This document shows positions 13,810-26,634 of a stretch of DNA of 64,000 nt, piece after piece. Location of the stretch: positions 341,062,001 to 341,126,000 of the forward strand of contig OZ024741.1 of NCBI GenBank assembly GCA_964016885.1, read 5' to 3'. The notes under the pieces were generated by a model, which saw nothing but the letters and a program-made list of their open reading frames with translations, did not search any database and was not told where the DNA came from. Origin of the DNA: Eledone cirrhosa (lineage: Eukaryota). Numbering within the stretch: the stretch's first letter is position 1; each line of letters begins with the position of its first letter. Made by a program: the position numbers and the translations under genes.

Positions 13810-14055
13810 TGGATGAATACCTCAACAGGTACTATGTACTTGTAGAAATATGCAAGGTGTTTATAATATTTGTGGTTCAATGGTACTAATTCGAGTTACC
13901 AGAACAATATAAAAATACCGGAGCAAGCGGTTATCAAACAATTCTCTAAATAAATTAAAAAACGATTGAAATAATCACCTGTTCTATTGCTGTTACCGCG
14001 AAAATCCAGTATCAATAAATCTCTTTAATCCACTTTTTAACAATTTTATACTTTA

Positions 14056-15084
14056 CTAGCAGTAAAGCCCGGCGTTGCTCGGGGTCGCTCAGTAGCTGTG
14101 TTAAAGTTACAATGTTAAGTTTCTTTCTTGGCTTAAAAGCTGTAGTGTCTACTGTGCAGACTTGCATGTGGTGTTTTTGATTAATATTCCCTCAACCAAC
14201 AATATGCCTTATGAAGTTAAGAAAACATAACGATAACCCGAATGTTATAACAAAAGAGGATGCTGGGGATAGAAACTGCACTGGTTATTTATTAACAAAG
14301 ATCGAAAATGTAAACACTGCAACGCAGAGAAAAACATTAGCGTAACCAAATTATCAGTTATGTCTGTCTGCACGCCTATATCACCTCTCTGCACGACTGT
14401 CTGTCTGCACGCCTATATCACCTCTCTGCACGACTGTCTGTCTGTCTGCACGCCTATATCATCTGTCTGCACGACTGTCTGTCTGCACGCCTAACGACGA
14501 AATATTTGCTTGTTTTACATAGTCTTTAAATAGACTTGTTTTCACGTAAAAATATTGTTTTAAAATGCTTTTAAATGGAAATGAAGCAAAACGGGGTCGC
14601 TCAGTAGCTGTGTTAAAGTTACAATGTTAAGTTTCTTTTTTGGCTTAAAAACTGTAGTGTCTACTGTGCAGACTTGCATGTGGTGTTTTTGATTAATATT
14701 CCCTCAACCAACAATATGCCTTATGAAGTTAAGAAAACATAACGATAACCCGAATGTTATAACAAAAGAGGATGCAGGGGATAGAAACTGCACTGGTTAT
14801 TTATTAACAAAGACTGAGAAAGCCAGCGTAATTTTTTACGTAAGACGCTCAATGTAAACAGAACAAAGGGAAATAACTGATAACTTACGCTCAAAAATCG
14901 ATACATTATATTCGATTTCGTCACACAGGGTGGGTCAATTTGAAATATTTTTTTTTCCGATGTCTTCGCTAGGGCTCAATGTACAAGTATAGCAATTTCG
15001 GTGCAATTCCGTGAGAGATTCTAAGAGGAGATGTGTGCCAAAAATCGATAGACAGACAGACAACCACAGTTTTATATATATAGA
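14056..15084 (-). mobile_element. Non-autonomous Helitron with internal ~220-bp duplication and 35-bp minisatellite
   Basis: Minus strand a|TCtatatatataaaac ... ccccgagcaacgccgggc-tttactgCTAG|t; duplication 14080-14302/14592-14812; minisatellite 14361-14492. Confidence 0.8.
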
Positions 15085-15422
15085 TTGCACTTTTATCATT
15101 TTCTTTAGGTATTACTCTTTATTTTATAATTTTAATTTAACCTGAAACATATATAAAAAAATCATTTAACATAAGCAAATTAAACTTACATACAACGTAA
15201 AATCCAGCATACAAATAATTCTAGTGAATAGCTTAGAATTTTTACAAACCCAAACTTTTAACTGTTTAATAGCACTTTTTTTTATTTATTTGGGACCTAA
15301 GCAACACAAAAAAAGTTATTACAAGCCAGGAACAGAGAAAAAATTTTTTTTGTTACACGGTGTAATAGTAATAATAATAAATTTGAAGACTAAAATCCAT
15401 ATATATATATATATATATATAT

Positions 15423-15720
15423 ATAACGAAGGAAGTGTGTTAAGGAACCAGGTGGACCATAGCGCACCAAACTACTCAATACTTAGGGTAGTAGAGTGAG
15501 TAATAGGAAAATGTTCAAGACCCCGACGGCAGAGCTCAAGCCGTTTCGACGGCTATTTCTGGACGCAGAAATATTTCAGTCCAGAAATAGCCGTCGAAAC
15601 GGCTTGATCTCTGCCGTCGGGGTCTTGAACATTTTCCTATTACCCACTCTACTACCCTAAGTATTGAGTACTCTGGTGCGCTATGGTCCACCTGGTTCCT
15701 TAACACACTTCCTTCGTTAT
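15423..15720. repeat. Fold-back palindrome of a PLE-like end; same family at 18320-18520, 40863-41045, fragments at 4200-4260, 4955, 59380
   Basis: Near-perfect ~140-bp arms; each arm contains GAAACGGC-ttgagctct-GCCGTC-ggggtc; flanked by (TA)n. Confidence 0.85.
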
Positions 15721-15759
15721 ATATATATATATATTGGGTCATCAAGTATGAAATGGGTC

Positions 15760-17020
15760 TAAAGTTAATAACCTACCAACATACACCATGGCACCAAATA
15801 CAAAACGCAAACACATAACAACATCGCAACCGCAACGGAGAACCTGCACACAGAAAAGCCTCCAACTGTAACTGCCACCTACCGGATAAGTGCCCATGCA
15901 AAATAGATGCCTGGAATCGAGTATGATGTACCTGTATACTGTAAATTCAGGCAACTCTACCTGGCACTACATAGGTTCCACGACTGTGGGGTTCAAAAAA
16001 AGGTGGTACGTCCACAAACACTCCATGAAGAACCGTAGACTATCTGGTCAAAATTATTGGAAGCAGGGGCCTACAACAATGGGATGTCCCACTGTGGACT
16101 TTGTAATATGGAGCTATTCCATATTTTAAGGTACGATAAGATGCTGCTTAACAGCAAAATAGAAAGATCAATTTTCTGTAGGCATAAAATAGCTACCAAG
16201 TTCACAAATTTCAAACCACCGTGATTCGAGCCAGCAATCCCAAAATTAGAACTAAACCACCTGGATTTTAACGTATGGAATACACACCATCACACCGCTA
16301 TTAGCTGTCAAACGGCCAACTGGTCACTAGATCATAAATCTCTTAACATCTCTTTCACCCTCTCCCTGAAACAGCATCAACCCCATTAAGACAAGACAAT
16401 CAGCAAAACATTTACCGCACACATTTGTCAAACCTCCCTTCACCATCCACCCTTAGCCCTTAGATCTCATACTAGTATCTCCCAATTAATCTCTAATTTA
16501 TTGCTTTTTATTTTATCTGTCACTACCTCAGACTCTCTACACGTATCTATGTATGTTTCGAATATGACTTTTCATGTTAGCACTAAACCCACCACAGAAT
16601 CCGTATACGGACACTTAGTCACCGCCACCACTATAATAGTCTGTACTTATATGCTCTCACTTATCCTTATTTCTTTATATTTGTATTATTTTTCCATTTT
16701 CTTACTTTTTTACTGTATCATTTTTTCTTATCTTTTACTTTTTACTTTTTACATCTGTAACTTCTCTACCTATTTATCATATATATTTATTTATTGATGT
16801 TACTGTTTTGATTATACGCTATTTCTCTATATATATCTTGCCTTGTGTGAATTATTTTTGTATTCTGAGGAGTTGATCAGAGGTAAATAATGTAATGGAG
16901 ATCGAGTGACGCAACTTCGAGCGATTAGCGACCTCTAGGCTCACCTGATAAATGAAACAATTGTCAATACCTAAAATAAAGTCGCTTGTTGTACAGCCAA
17001 CTATGTTACTCTTCATTCTT

Positions 17021-17025
<5 letters not shown>
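15760..17025 (+). mobile_element. Third PLE 3' fragment (degraded GIY-YIG + pseudo-LTR), related to 5205-9140
   Basis: Translates to CNCHLPDKCPMQNRC, WHYIGS, FKKRWYVHKH, ...TKFTNFKPP*; ends at (TA)n. Confidence 0.85.
16852..16979 (+). ncRNA. Type I hammerhead with 82-nt expanded domain II
   Basis: gtatt-CTGAGGA-gttgatcag...ctgataaat-GAAAC-aatt-GTC-aatac; distal stem I ttatttt/aaaataa. Confidence 0.8.
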
Positions 17026-17056
<31 letters not shown>

Positions 17057-17129
17057 TATTGAAATTTCCGTTGGAAACAGAAAAGGTCAAAGAAATGAAG
17101 AGTGCTCTATGTAAGTATCAGAGCAAAAT

Positions 17130-18157
17130 TTAATGTATAAAAATCAATACAATATAATTACCTCATTACCAGAGGTTTCCCGAATGAGGCGAATACGAAA
17201 TAAACGACTTCATTCGTTCGTCAGACGAGCCAATATAAAACATGGGCAAATACTTAAAAAAACACATCAAGAAAATTAAAAAAAGATATAGATAAATGAA
17301 ATAGAAATTGAAATATATAAAAATCTATCAAGAAATATAGTTAGGTGTGTGTATATGTATGTATATACGCTCACAGATGTGCATATATGTATATGTGTAC
17401 ATGTATATGTATAGTGAGAAAGTGTGCGTAATTCTAAAATTTAGGGCAAATGTATGTGGGCATGCAAACAGGTTTATATGCGTGAGTATAAGTATGTGTG
17501 TGTGTGTGTGTGTATGTACGTATCGAACGTATGGAAGTGTAAGTGCGCGTGTTTATATAAGCATAATTATTTTTACATTTCTTTTGTGAGACACGCGTGT
17601 CTGTGTATGTATGTACCCCCCTTTTTTTGTTTTCTTCAATTTTTTTCTTTCTAATTTATCGTTATTATATTTTTATAAATATATCGAGACTGATACTTTT
17701 ATTTTAATTATTACACTCCCTTACCTCCTTTCTTTCCGCACCTAAGCGTACGAGTGTCCAGGCGTTTTATGCGCGCGCCTTTATATTCATATATTTACGA
17801 TGTAACCATTTCTGTCTGTATAATACAGACATATAGATACATTTGCCCTAAATTTTAGAATTACGCACACTTTCTCACTATACATATACATGTACACATA
17901 TACATATATGCACATCTGTGAGCGTATATACATACATATACACACACCTAACTATATTTCTTGATAGATTTTTATATATTTCAATTTCTATTTCATTTAT
18001 CTATATCTTTTTTTGATTTTCTTGATGTGTTTTTCTAAGTATTTGCCCATGTTTTATATTGGCTCGTCTGACGAACGAATGAAGTCGTTTATTTCGTATT
18101 GGCCTCATTCGGGAAACCTCTGGTAATGAGGTAATTATATTGTATTGATTTTTATAC

Positions 18158-18161
<4 letters not shown>
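17130..18161. repeat. Inverted-repeat element (arms ~325 bp); same family forms a palindrome at 60928-61141
   Basis: 17130-17455 is the reverse complement of 17838-18161. Confidence 0.8.
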
Positions 18162-18199
<38 letters not shown>

Positions 18200-18279
18200 C
18201 TCTACGGTTCTTATATATTTGATATATATTTATCCTTATCGAGCCCTCTTTGGATTTTAGTCTTCAATTTTATTATTAT

Positions 18280-18323
<44 letters not shown>

Positions 18324-18515
18324 GGAACAAGTAAGACCCCGACGGCTGAGCTCAAGCCGTTTCGACGGCTAATTCTGTACTCAGAATTAGCCGTCGAAAC
18401 GGCTTGAGCTCAGCCGTCGGGGTCTTACTTGTTCCTATTACCCACTCTACTACCCTAAGTATTGAGTACATTGGTGCGTTATGGTCCACCTGGTTCCTTA
18501 TACCACATTTCCTTC

Positions 18516-18625
<110 letters not shown>

Positions 18626-18925
18626 CACTGATGAATTATAGGAGCCCACTTGAATATATATCTATTGATGGTATACAAGCTCCTACATAAATAGGAAAAA
18701 TTTCACCCAAATTGTAGGAATCCTATAATGAAACGAGACCTCCGTCTGGGAAGAGATATATTCGATATGTCTCATATGAAATAATACAGCCAATTTTCCA
18801 CGCAATACTTTTAGTTAGCACCCCGAACGCATAATTAGGAATATAATCATTTATTTCCTAATGTTTGTTGAGTGAGTTGGAATTTGGCCGGAGTATCGCT
18901 AAAAAGCTTTCTCCGATATTGTATT

Positions 18926-18971
<46 letters not shown>

Positions 18972-19259
18972 GTGTGTGTGTGTGTATGTGTATTACCCGA
19001 GATGCAAATTAATGCGATCCAACCGTAATCGTGTGTGGTTGTGAAGTGAAATTGTTAACCACATGCATGTCCATACTTGCACTTATTTGTGCATTATATC
19101 ACGTACCTCTGTCGTCTTTCTTAACTGTCTGTTATATAAGCAGCATGTTTTTCAGTACGTTCGTAGGTTTGTTTGTCAGTCAATCATTTCAATTGGTAAA
19201 TAAACTGAACAAACAACTACAAGGGAGTATATTTGAAGTATAGGTGGGGCTTGGCAATG

Positions 19260-19347
<88 letters not shown>

Positions 19348-19837
19348 TCTCTCTCTCTCTCTCTCTCTTAGGGCATTCAAATTATATATTCTTATAAATC
19401 TAGTTTTGTGCCCTCTTTCTTCTTTCTCTTCTCCCCCCCCCTCTCTCACACACACAGACATACACACGCACACAAACACACACACAATATTTCTTTTTCT
19501 GCTACCTTCTGTATTTCCCTATCCCTTATAAATGCCCTGCTTTATTAACCTCGACACTGTTGTTGTTTTTTGTTGATAGTGTTACTGCTGCTGCCGTTTT
19601 TGTTGTTGCTATACGTGTTGTTGTTGTAGTTTAGGTCAAAAGCAGCTTTCATAGAGTTAACATATTAAATGTGGTTTTAACCACGACCTTTCTCCTTTTC
19701 TTTCGCCCACATATTCCTGAGAGTGTGAATACGGTGTTCAGTAAAGCTTCAGTGTCGTACACGAATCTTTTATTCAGGGATGTTCCCTTAAAAGAAAAGT
19801 GACAAGTTGCAGTCGGTAGTATGTAGCCTCTAGTAAA

Positions 19838-19924
<87 letters not shown>

Positions 19925-19965
19925 CGAAACATAAGTCAATTGCATGAACTCATAATCTTTTATTT

Positions 19966-20021
19966 ACTGCTATATATATTTCGATGATAGCCATTGAATG
20001 GCTATGACCTCATCAGGCAGT
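19966..20021 (-). ncRNA. Minimal type I hammerhead ribozyme
   Basis: Minus strand: actgc-CTGATGA-ggtcatagccat/tca/atggctatcatc-GAAAT-atat-ATA-gcagt. Confidence 0.8.
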
Positions 20022-20557
20022 TAGTCAGTTCTTAGATATGCCAGCTCTGTGTTTATAGTGTTGATGGTATCAGAGCCTTGGGACATATATATATATATAT
20101 ATACAAACGAAGAGGCAGTGGACTGAGTGATTGTAGGGCCACACGACAGCCTATTTATCATGAGCACTAGTTATTTTATTGACAGATAACAGATGGCCCC
20201 AGACAATGTTCTCCTTCATTCCACTGTAACAGTAAATCCTACCATCAGGGAAATGTATTTACTGCCTTCCCTGCGCGGTCGCAGGTCACTCACTTGATGG
20301 ACGTGGGAAAACATTTCTTTCGATACACATGAAAGGAAAGAACCGATCATCGGATCAGGCCATGAAAACGATATTTCTTGAGCACGACTAATTCACAGTA
20401 GTAAGAAGGTATAAGGATTTATTCCAATTTTCATTGACCATACAACATTATGACCACTTGCAATTTGTGTTGACAGATTCAAAAGTAGCTATGTAGTCTG
20501 TACCAACTAACGTGGTGGCAGCTGATTGGTTGATTCAAACGAATTTCATAGCACTAT

Positions 20558-23500
20558 TAGTCAAGTTCATAATGTAACGATTGGTATTTTCGTTCAGATT
20601 AGCAAAACTATACATTTTCGAAAACTTTAGGACATACTGAATCCAAAAACCAATGTTGCCATCTTTTTCAAGGTGTCTGTGGTGGCTATCTTGGAATTTC
20701 AAAATGGTGACTACCGATAACCTTTTTCAACAGTATCTCAAATTCTAACCAACTGGGCTTCTAATTTTAGTGGCTAATTTAACATAATAACAATAATAAT
20801 AATGATAAAAATAATAATAATAACCAAATTCCATGTAATTACTTCATTAGTGTTTATAATTTTTCAGACCAATGAACAACGTGGCCACAGCAACGTTACC
20901 ACGACTTGGTAGACAGCAACAAGAGACAATTGACTGGAAACGGTGTATTTTGTGCCTACAAAATGCAGGCCAGTTTGTGTTACAACCAAAGTTATATTCA
21001 TACCATAGTTTGTTAGCTGCAGTGAAGGAGCGAGCATTACTGCATGATGGCGAATTTGTCAAAATTCAAAAGAGGCTAGAAGACTGCACAACAGAAACTT
21101 TGCAGAGAAATAAGGCTTTTTGGCATCGCATGTGCTACTCCAACGCCACCAGTAAAGTCAAAATGCAACGTGCAAGAGACCGTCACCAACGGTCTTTGTC
21201 TACTGGATTACATATCCGCAGAAAGCGAGGACGCCCTTCAAGCTTTGACAGGAGTGAGCCATCAACCTCTGCCACAATCTTAGGGCCGTTTACACGGTCA
21301 GCAACAAACCCACTGGAAAATGATTTGTGCTTTTTTTGTCAAACTTTTGGTGACCAACAGTTGTTTGCAGTAAGAACTGCCAATGCGGGCCAAGCTCTAA
21401 AAAAAGCTGTGGAAATCTCTCCTAATCCAGAACTGGCATTGGAGCAGTTCCTAGAGGACAATCCTCATCTGAAAGATCTGTGTCTAGAAGCAACGATTCA
21501 AGTAGAAGAGGTGGTTCAGAACAAAGGCACCAAGGCTGAGTCTGTGAAGCATGCAAATGCTCATCTGCAGCACGTCTTAGCAGAGTATGATGTGATCAAG
21601 AAACTGCAAGACTGGGAAGCAGAGAAGTCTAAGAATGCTATGTTCAGATCATTGATGAACTATATGCATCGGGTAGAGACAGTTCTGTACTTTGTAGCGG
21701 CATCACGGAATGCTGATCTGAATCTTCATCTTGAAGCTGGAGAAGCACTGAGCAAGCTGTTCTTCTCAATGGACAGGTTAAAGTATAAGAGACTCTGGCC
21801 ACGCTACATAGCAGATATGCACGCATTGAAGACCAACCACCCCGACACATGGAGGGAACTTGAAGAGGGCAATATATCCATCACCAAGAATGCCATCCCG
21901 TTCGTATCTGTTGGAAGTGACCTTGCCTGTGAAGATCTTAACAAATTCATGAAAGTTCAAGCTGGTCTCATTGGATTTTCCAATAATCCAAATGCAAAGC
22001 AACGCTTCTTCATGGCAGCTCCTGAAATGTCCTGTCTTGCAAAGGAGTTTAAGGACCAATTCGGTGTTGGTGAAAGCCATGCTCTTGAGCATAATGACCT
22101 ATCTCCAGCTGCAATCAAGCGAGATCATGGAGCAGTAAGCAAAATCAAGAGTGCTATATTGACTCACGGCAATCCATTTGCTGCTGATGGGGAAACACTC
22201 TACAACTTGATAACTCATGCATATATCCCAGATGAGTATGTAACGCAGATCTTGGAGATAGATGAAACTGGACAAAAGCTGTACGAGGAATATGTTGCTG
22301 AACGGATCAATGGGGACGTCAGCCTTTGGGCACCAGTGAAGAGACAAAACAACGAGATGTTCACATCTGGCAACAAGAGACATGCTGTAAAGGTTCGTGA
22401 CAAAACCATTCACATGAAGGAAACCAAAGATTTGTATGGCAGACTTATGGTTCTTGCCAGGTCCGACCGAGACGTGAACCAGAAAGAAGCAATTAGCAAT
22501 TACGAGTTCACCTTGACGCCAAGAGCTCTCTTTGTCCCAAATGGGTCAGTGTTGCCATGCACTGACAAGTCCAAACTCATTCATCTCCTTGAGCAGATAG
22601 CATCAGAGAAAACAGCACAAGGCGATTCACTGCAAGATGAAGCCACTGAAAAGGACAATCTCAATCACAACAGGAGGATTGCGATGGTAGATGGAATGGT
22701 GCTTATTCAGAAGCTGACTAAGAAACCAGCTATCATAGTTACAGTAAGAGATCTAAGCCAATGTTTCTATGAAAGACTGATGAACCTCACGCAGAACTTT
22801 GACGAAATAATTCTCGTGTTTGACACATATAAGACCGATTCCTTGAAGAATGCAACCAGGCAGAAGAGACGCCAGGGGAAGGATCCAGTCCAGTATCAAG
22901 TCAGAGATGAGATGAGCATCAAGCATATAACTATGAGCAGATTCCTGTCACATGAAAAGACGAAGGGTGATTTGACCAAGTACTTGGTAGAAAAGACTCT
23001 ATACTACAGCAAATATTCCTCCAAACTTGTCATCACTTCAGCATCTAGCCAAACCATGATCAACAAGGATTTGGAACCTTTCAGTGAAAACAACCACGAG
23101 GAAGCTGACACACCGATGATATGCCTTGCAGTATCTTCAACAAGGCGAAACCCAAGAGATATGCAACTAACTTTTTTCTCACCTGACACAGATGTCCTGG
23201 TTCTGGTAATTGCCAACTATGATTTGTTACCTAGACACACCTCCATCTCCATGGCATCAAGTGTTCTAAAGATCCAGCCATTCTGGGACGTTCTAGGTCC
23301 AGCAAAGGCGAAGGCTTTACCTGCATTCCATGCCTTCTCTGGCGCCGATAATACGGGAAGGTTTGCTAGAGTAGGAAAGGCAACATGGTTCAAGATCTTC
23401 CTTGAAGCTGACGATAACACCATTGACGCTCTGAAAAATCTGTCTGATGATACTGAAGTGAATGAAGAACTTCTGACCAGCTTGGAAAGTTTTGTGTGTC

Positions 23501-24589
23501 CTGTCTACAGTCCAAAGGGAATCCAAATCAAAAGCATTCCTGAGTTGCGATGGTACCTGTTCTGTAAATACATGTCAGAGAGTGACAAGTTACCACCTAC
23601 AGTTGGTGCCCCCAAGTAGCACATCTTAAGGGTACATGTGCAAGCACGAGTTTGGGGCCAGGCAAGCACTCTCCAGAAAGTTCCGCTGGATTCAATGCAG
23701 AATGGCTACTACAAGGGAGATGATGGCCAACTAAAGCCAACCACTACTGATCATCCTCCAGAACCTAAAGCCATCATTGAGATGGTGAGATGCCAGTGCA
23801 AGGGAGATTGTTCCTCACAAAGATGTTCCTGCAGGTCAAAGAATCTGCAGTGCACCGACCTTTGCCTGTGCACCACACAGTGTGAAAATGACGCGGAAAG
23901 AGTTTATGAAAACCTTGACTCAGGTAATACTGATAGTGAGAGTGATGACTGATATCATGGTTATGACTGATTCCGTTCTAAAAGTGGCAATAACAAAGTG
24001 TGCACAAATTTGTATTCCTGCCTGTTAAAAGTCATGACTGATTTTATCGTGAAATGGACAAAAGCAAAGTGTCCACGAATTAATTGTTTTATGTATTAAA
24101 ATAAAGTGTACGTGAAGACAAATTTATTTTTATTTGTTTTATGTATTAAAATAAAGGGTACGTGAAGACAAATTTATTTTTATTATGTTTGACTCGTGCT
24201 TCAATATCCTGATTATGAGTGGATCTAGAGAAGAAATATCATATTTGCATGTGGTGTTTGCAGTTTTGTCATTAAAATTGGTATTTTTATTTTAAAAATC
24301 TTTCTTCGTGTTAAACGTAAATGATTGTAGTCAATTTCTCTAGACTTCTGGCCCCTTAAAATGTAAGTTTAGCCACTGAAAGTAAAAGGCTACATGGCTG
24401 GGAGTGGATATATTGGTAAATTTAGATTTCAAACGGTCGCCATTTTGAAGCCCTAAGACGGCCATGTTCGGAACCCTAAAAAAATGGCAACATTGATTTT
24501 TGTGTTCAATACATCCTAACGTTTCCAAAAATGTATAGTTTAGTAAATCTCCAAAAATTTTGAACGAAAATACACAATGAACTGGACTA
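20558..24589 (+). mobile_element. Academ-superfamily DNA transposon (XPG/PIN nuclease + Cys-rich C-terminus)
   Basis: Termini TAGTCAAGTTCAT...ATGAACTGGACTA with ~230-bp imperfect TIRs; 3-bp flanks tat/ttt; ORF motifs DG, FD, HEEADT, DTDV, GAD and CxC Cys cluster. Confidence 0.8.
20872..23952 (+). pseudogene. Academ transposase/XPG protein with one in-frame stop (TAG 23617-23619) and a probable internal deletion near 21430
   Basis: 915-aa ORF continues in the same frame as *HILRVHVQARVW...CQCKGDCSSQRCSCRSKNLQCTDLCLC. Confidence 0.78.
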
Positions 24590-25837
24590 TTTCCCCTCAT
24601 TACAAGAAATGTGTACGTATAGTATGTCAATCACAAAGCGAGTCGTTTAGGATGTTTAATAATCCGACCAGAATGAGTGCAAATTTCATTGTTGAGCAAT
24701 AAGCCTTGAATTGATTTAAATTTGTTTGTTTCTCGACTAATTTCTTCCTCTAACATTTGGGGATCGCCGTCGTCTGGCAGTTCGGTAGTAAGAGATGCAT
24801 CGTTTTCTGAAATATCTTCAGAGACCTTGGGATTATTGACGGAGTGATCTTCAATTTGTTGGTCACCAAACCTGTCTAGATTATTCTCTTCTATTATTTG
24901 CATTTGATGATCTGTTATTAGAGGAGCAATATCTCTAGTCAGTATAGTTTTCATTATTCCCCTGCTGTTTTTACCCGTGCTACGTATAGTATAGAGTTTC
25001 CAATAGGGTTACTCTTTCGGTCAGAGGTTCCATTTCATTTTGCACATGAATTCTTTTAAGGAGTTCCGAGTTCATTTAGAGAAGGTATTCAAGTAACATC
25101 TGTCCCAAAGAGGACTGTCTGGTAAAGCTAAACATTCGTCCATGTGGTGCAGAGAAATCCTCTTGACGTGCAGAGAAGTCTTCGTATACAAGATAAAAGC
25201 AGAGGTAGCACGTTTTTCCCGTGGTATCTATCTAACTGTTTACTCCTGAGTGCAAGATTTAATGTTTTTAGGGGCACCCCATTAATTCTTTCACACTGTC
25301 CATTTCCTTGCGGTCGATATGGTGTTGTATGAATCTCAACAATATTATTTAACAGAAGAAATCATCTGATAGATTCGCTTTTAAACTGTGCTTCTCTGTC
25401 TGAATGTATAGCCGAGGGAAACCCAAACAGACAAAACAAGTATTTTAGTTTTTTAATGACTATCTTTGAGGACATATCAGAACATGGGTATCTAGAAAAT
25501 TAATCCACTATAACTAATATATATTTCTCACTCGTGTAAGATGGAAGAGGGCCGACGAAATCTGTTGATAAACTTTCCCATGGACGCGTTGCGGTGAACA
25601 ACTTAAAAGGAACTGAATTATGGAAACGAGGTTTCAATTCTCGGAAGACTTGACACTGGAAAATGGTCTCCTTAATTTCTTGTATTGAGAAAGGTAAATT
25701 TTTAGATTGACAGAAATGAGTCATTCGGGTTACACATGGGCGGCACAGTCTTTCGTGCAGAGCTAGCAATGTGATCTGTGAGTTAAGAGAAATCACAGCA
25801 TATCTTGAGAGAGCATCAATAATTGTTTCTACTTTTG

Positions 25838-26005
25838 GCACAAGGCCAGCAATTATCTCAGTGAATTACTGGTACTTTATTTTATCGACCACGTAAGGAT
25901 GAAAGGCAAAGTTAACCTTGGCGGGATTTGAACTCAGACCGAAAAGGGCCGTAACTCTATGTTGCAAAGCATGGCGTCCGACCCTCTACCGATACTGCCA
26001 ATCTA
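25838..26005 (-). mobile_element. SINE at the gag/integrase deletion junction
   Basis: Same SINE core as 5420-5621; B-box-like gagttcaaatccc on the minus strand. Confidence 0.85.
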
Positions 26006-26634
26006 CAAATAATACTGAGAGTTTATCCTCTTCCGATATTTCAGCTTTTTTATGTAAATCTCAAGCATTCGTTTCCAGTTGAGATACTCTTCCTCGGTGG
26101 AATTTTCCCTGGGAGTTTTTTTGGAAATTTTAGCATCCGTGTCAATGAAGATTGGAATAAATTTAGCATGACTAATTCACAGTAGTAAGAAGTTATAAGG
26201 CTTTATTCTAATCTTCATTGACAATACAAAATATGGACACTTGCAGTTTGTGTTAATAGATTCACAGGTAACTATGTAGTCTGCACCAACTAACGTGGTG
26301 GCAGCTGATTGCAACCTCTGGCAAAAGGAACCCCTACAAACAGAACACAACAATCGAACAAACGATCTTATGCGAGTGGGTCTTACACTCTAACCATTAG
26401 GCCACGCACCTTCACATACAACCTTAAATATCTCATAACATATTTAGCCAAATCAGACAAAATGGTTTGTTGTATTTATTTCAGTTCTTTATGTCTGAGT
26501 TCAAATCCCATCTTTACCATTCATCCTTCTGAGTCAACAAAATAAAGTACAAATCAAGTAATGGAGGTTAATATCTCCGATTGGTCCCTCTTGTCAAAAT
26601 CACTGGTAATGTGCCTAAATTATTATGGTAGCTA

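Larger units (their letters stand above)
20379..26311 (-). mobile_element. Internally deleted Ty3/Gypsy LTR retrotransposon (3' LTR 20379-20553, partial 5' LTR 26163-26311) interrupted by Academ and a SINE
   Basis: Direct repeats ~89% identical by hand count; 3' LTR TG...CA with AATAAA; PPT gaggggaaag restored on removing Academ; gag-like EEYLNWKRMLEIY near 26010-26140; integrase LSTDFVGPLPS, HSDREAQF, YRPQGNGQCERING at 24631-25840. Confidence 0.8.

Noticed and set aside
20872-23619. Host XPG/FEN1 repair gene or tesmin-like gene
   Set aside because: It is enclosed by TIRs, intronless, has a premature stop and splits a Gypsy PPT, so it is a transposon ORF.
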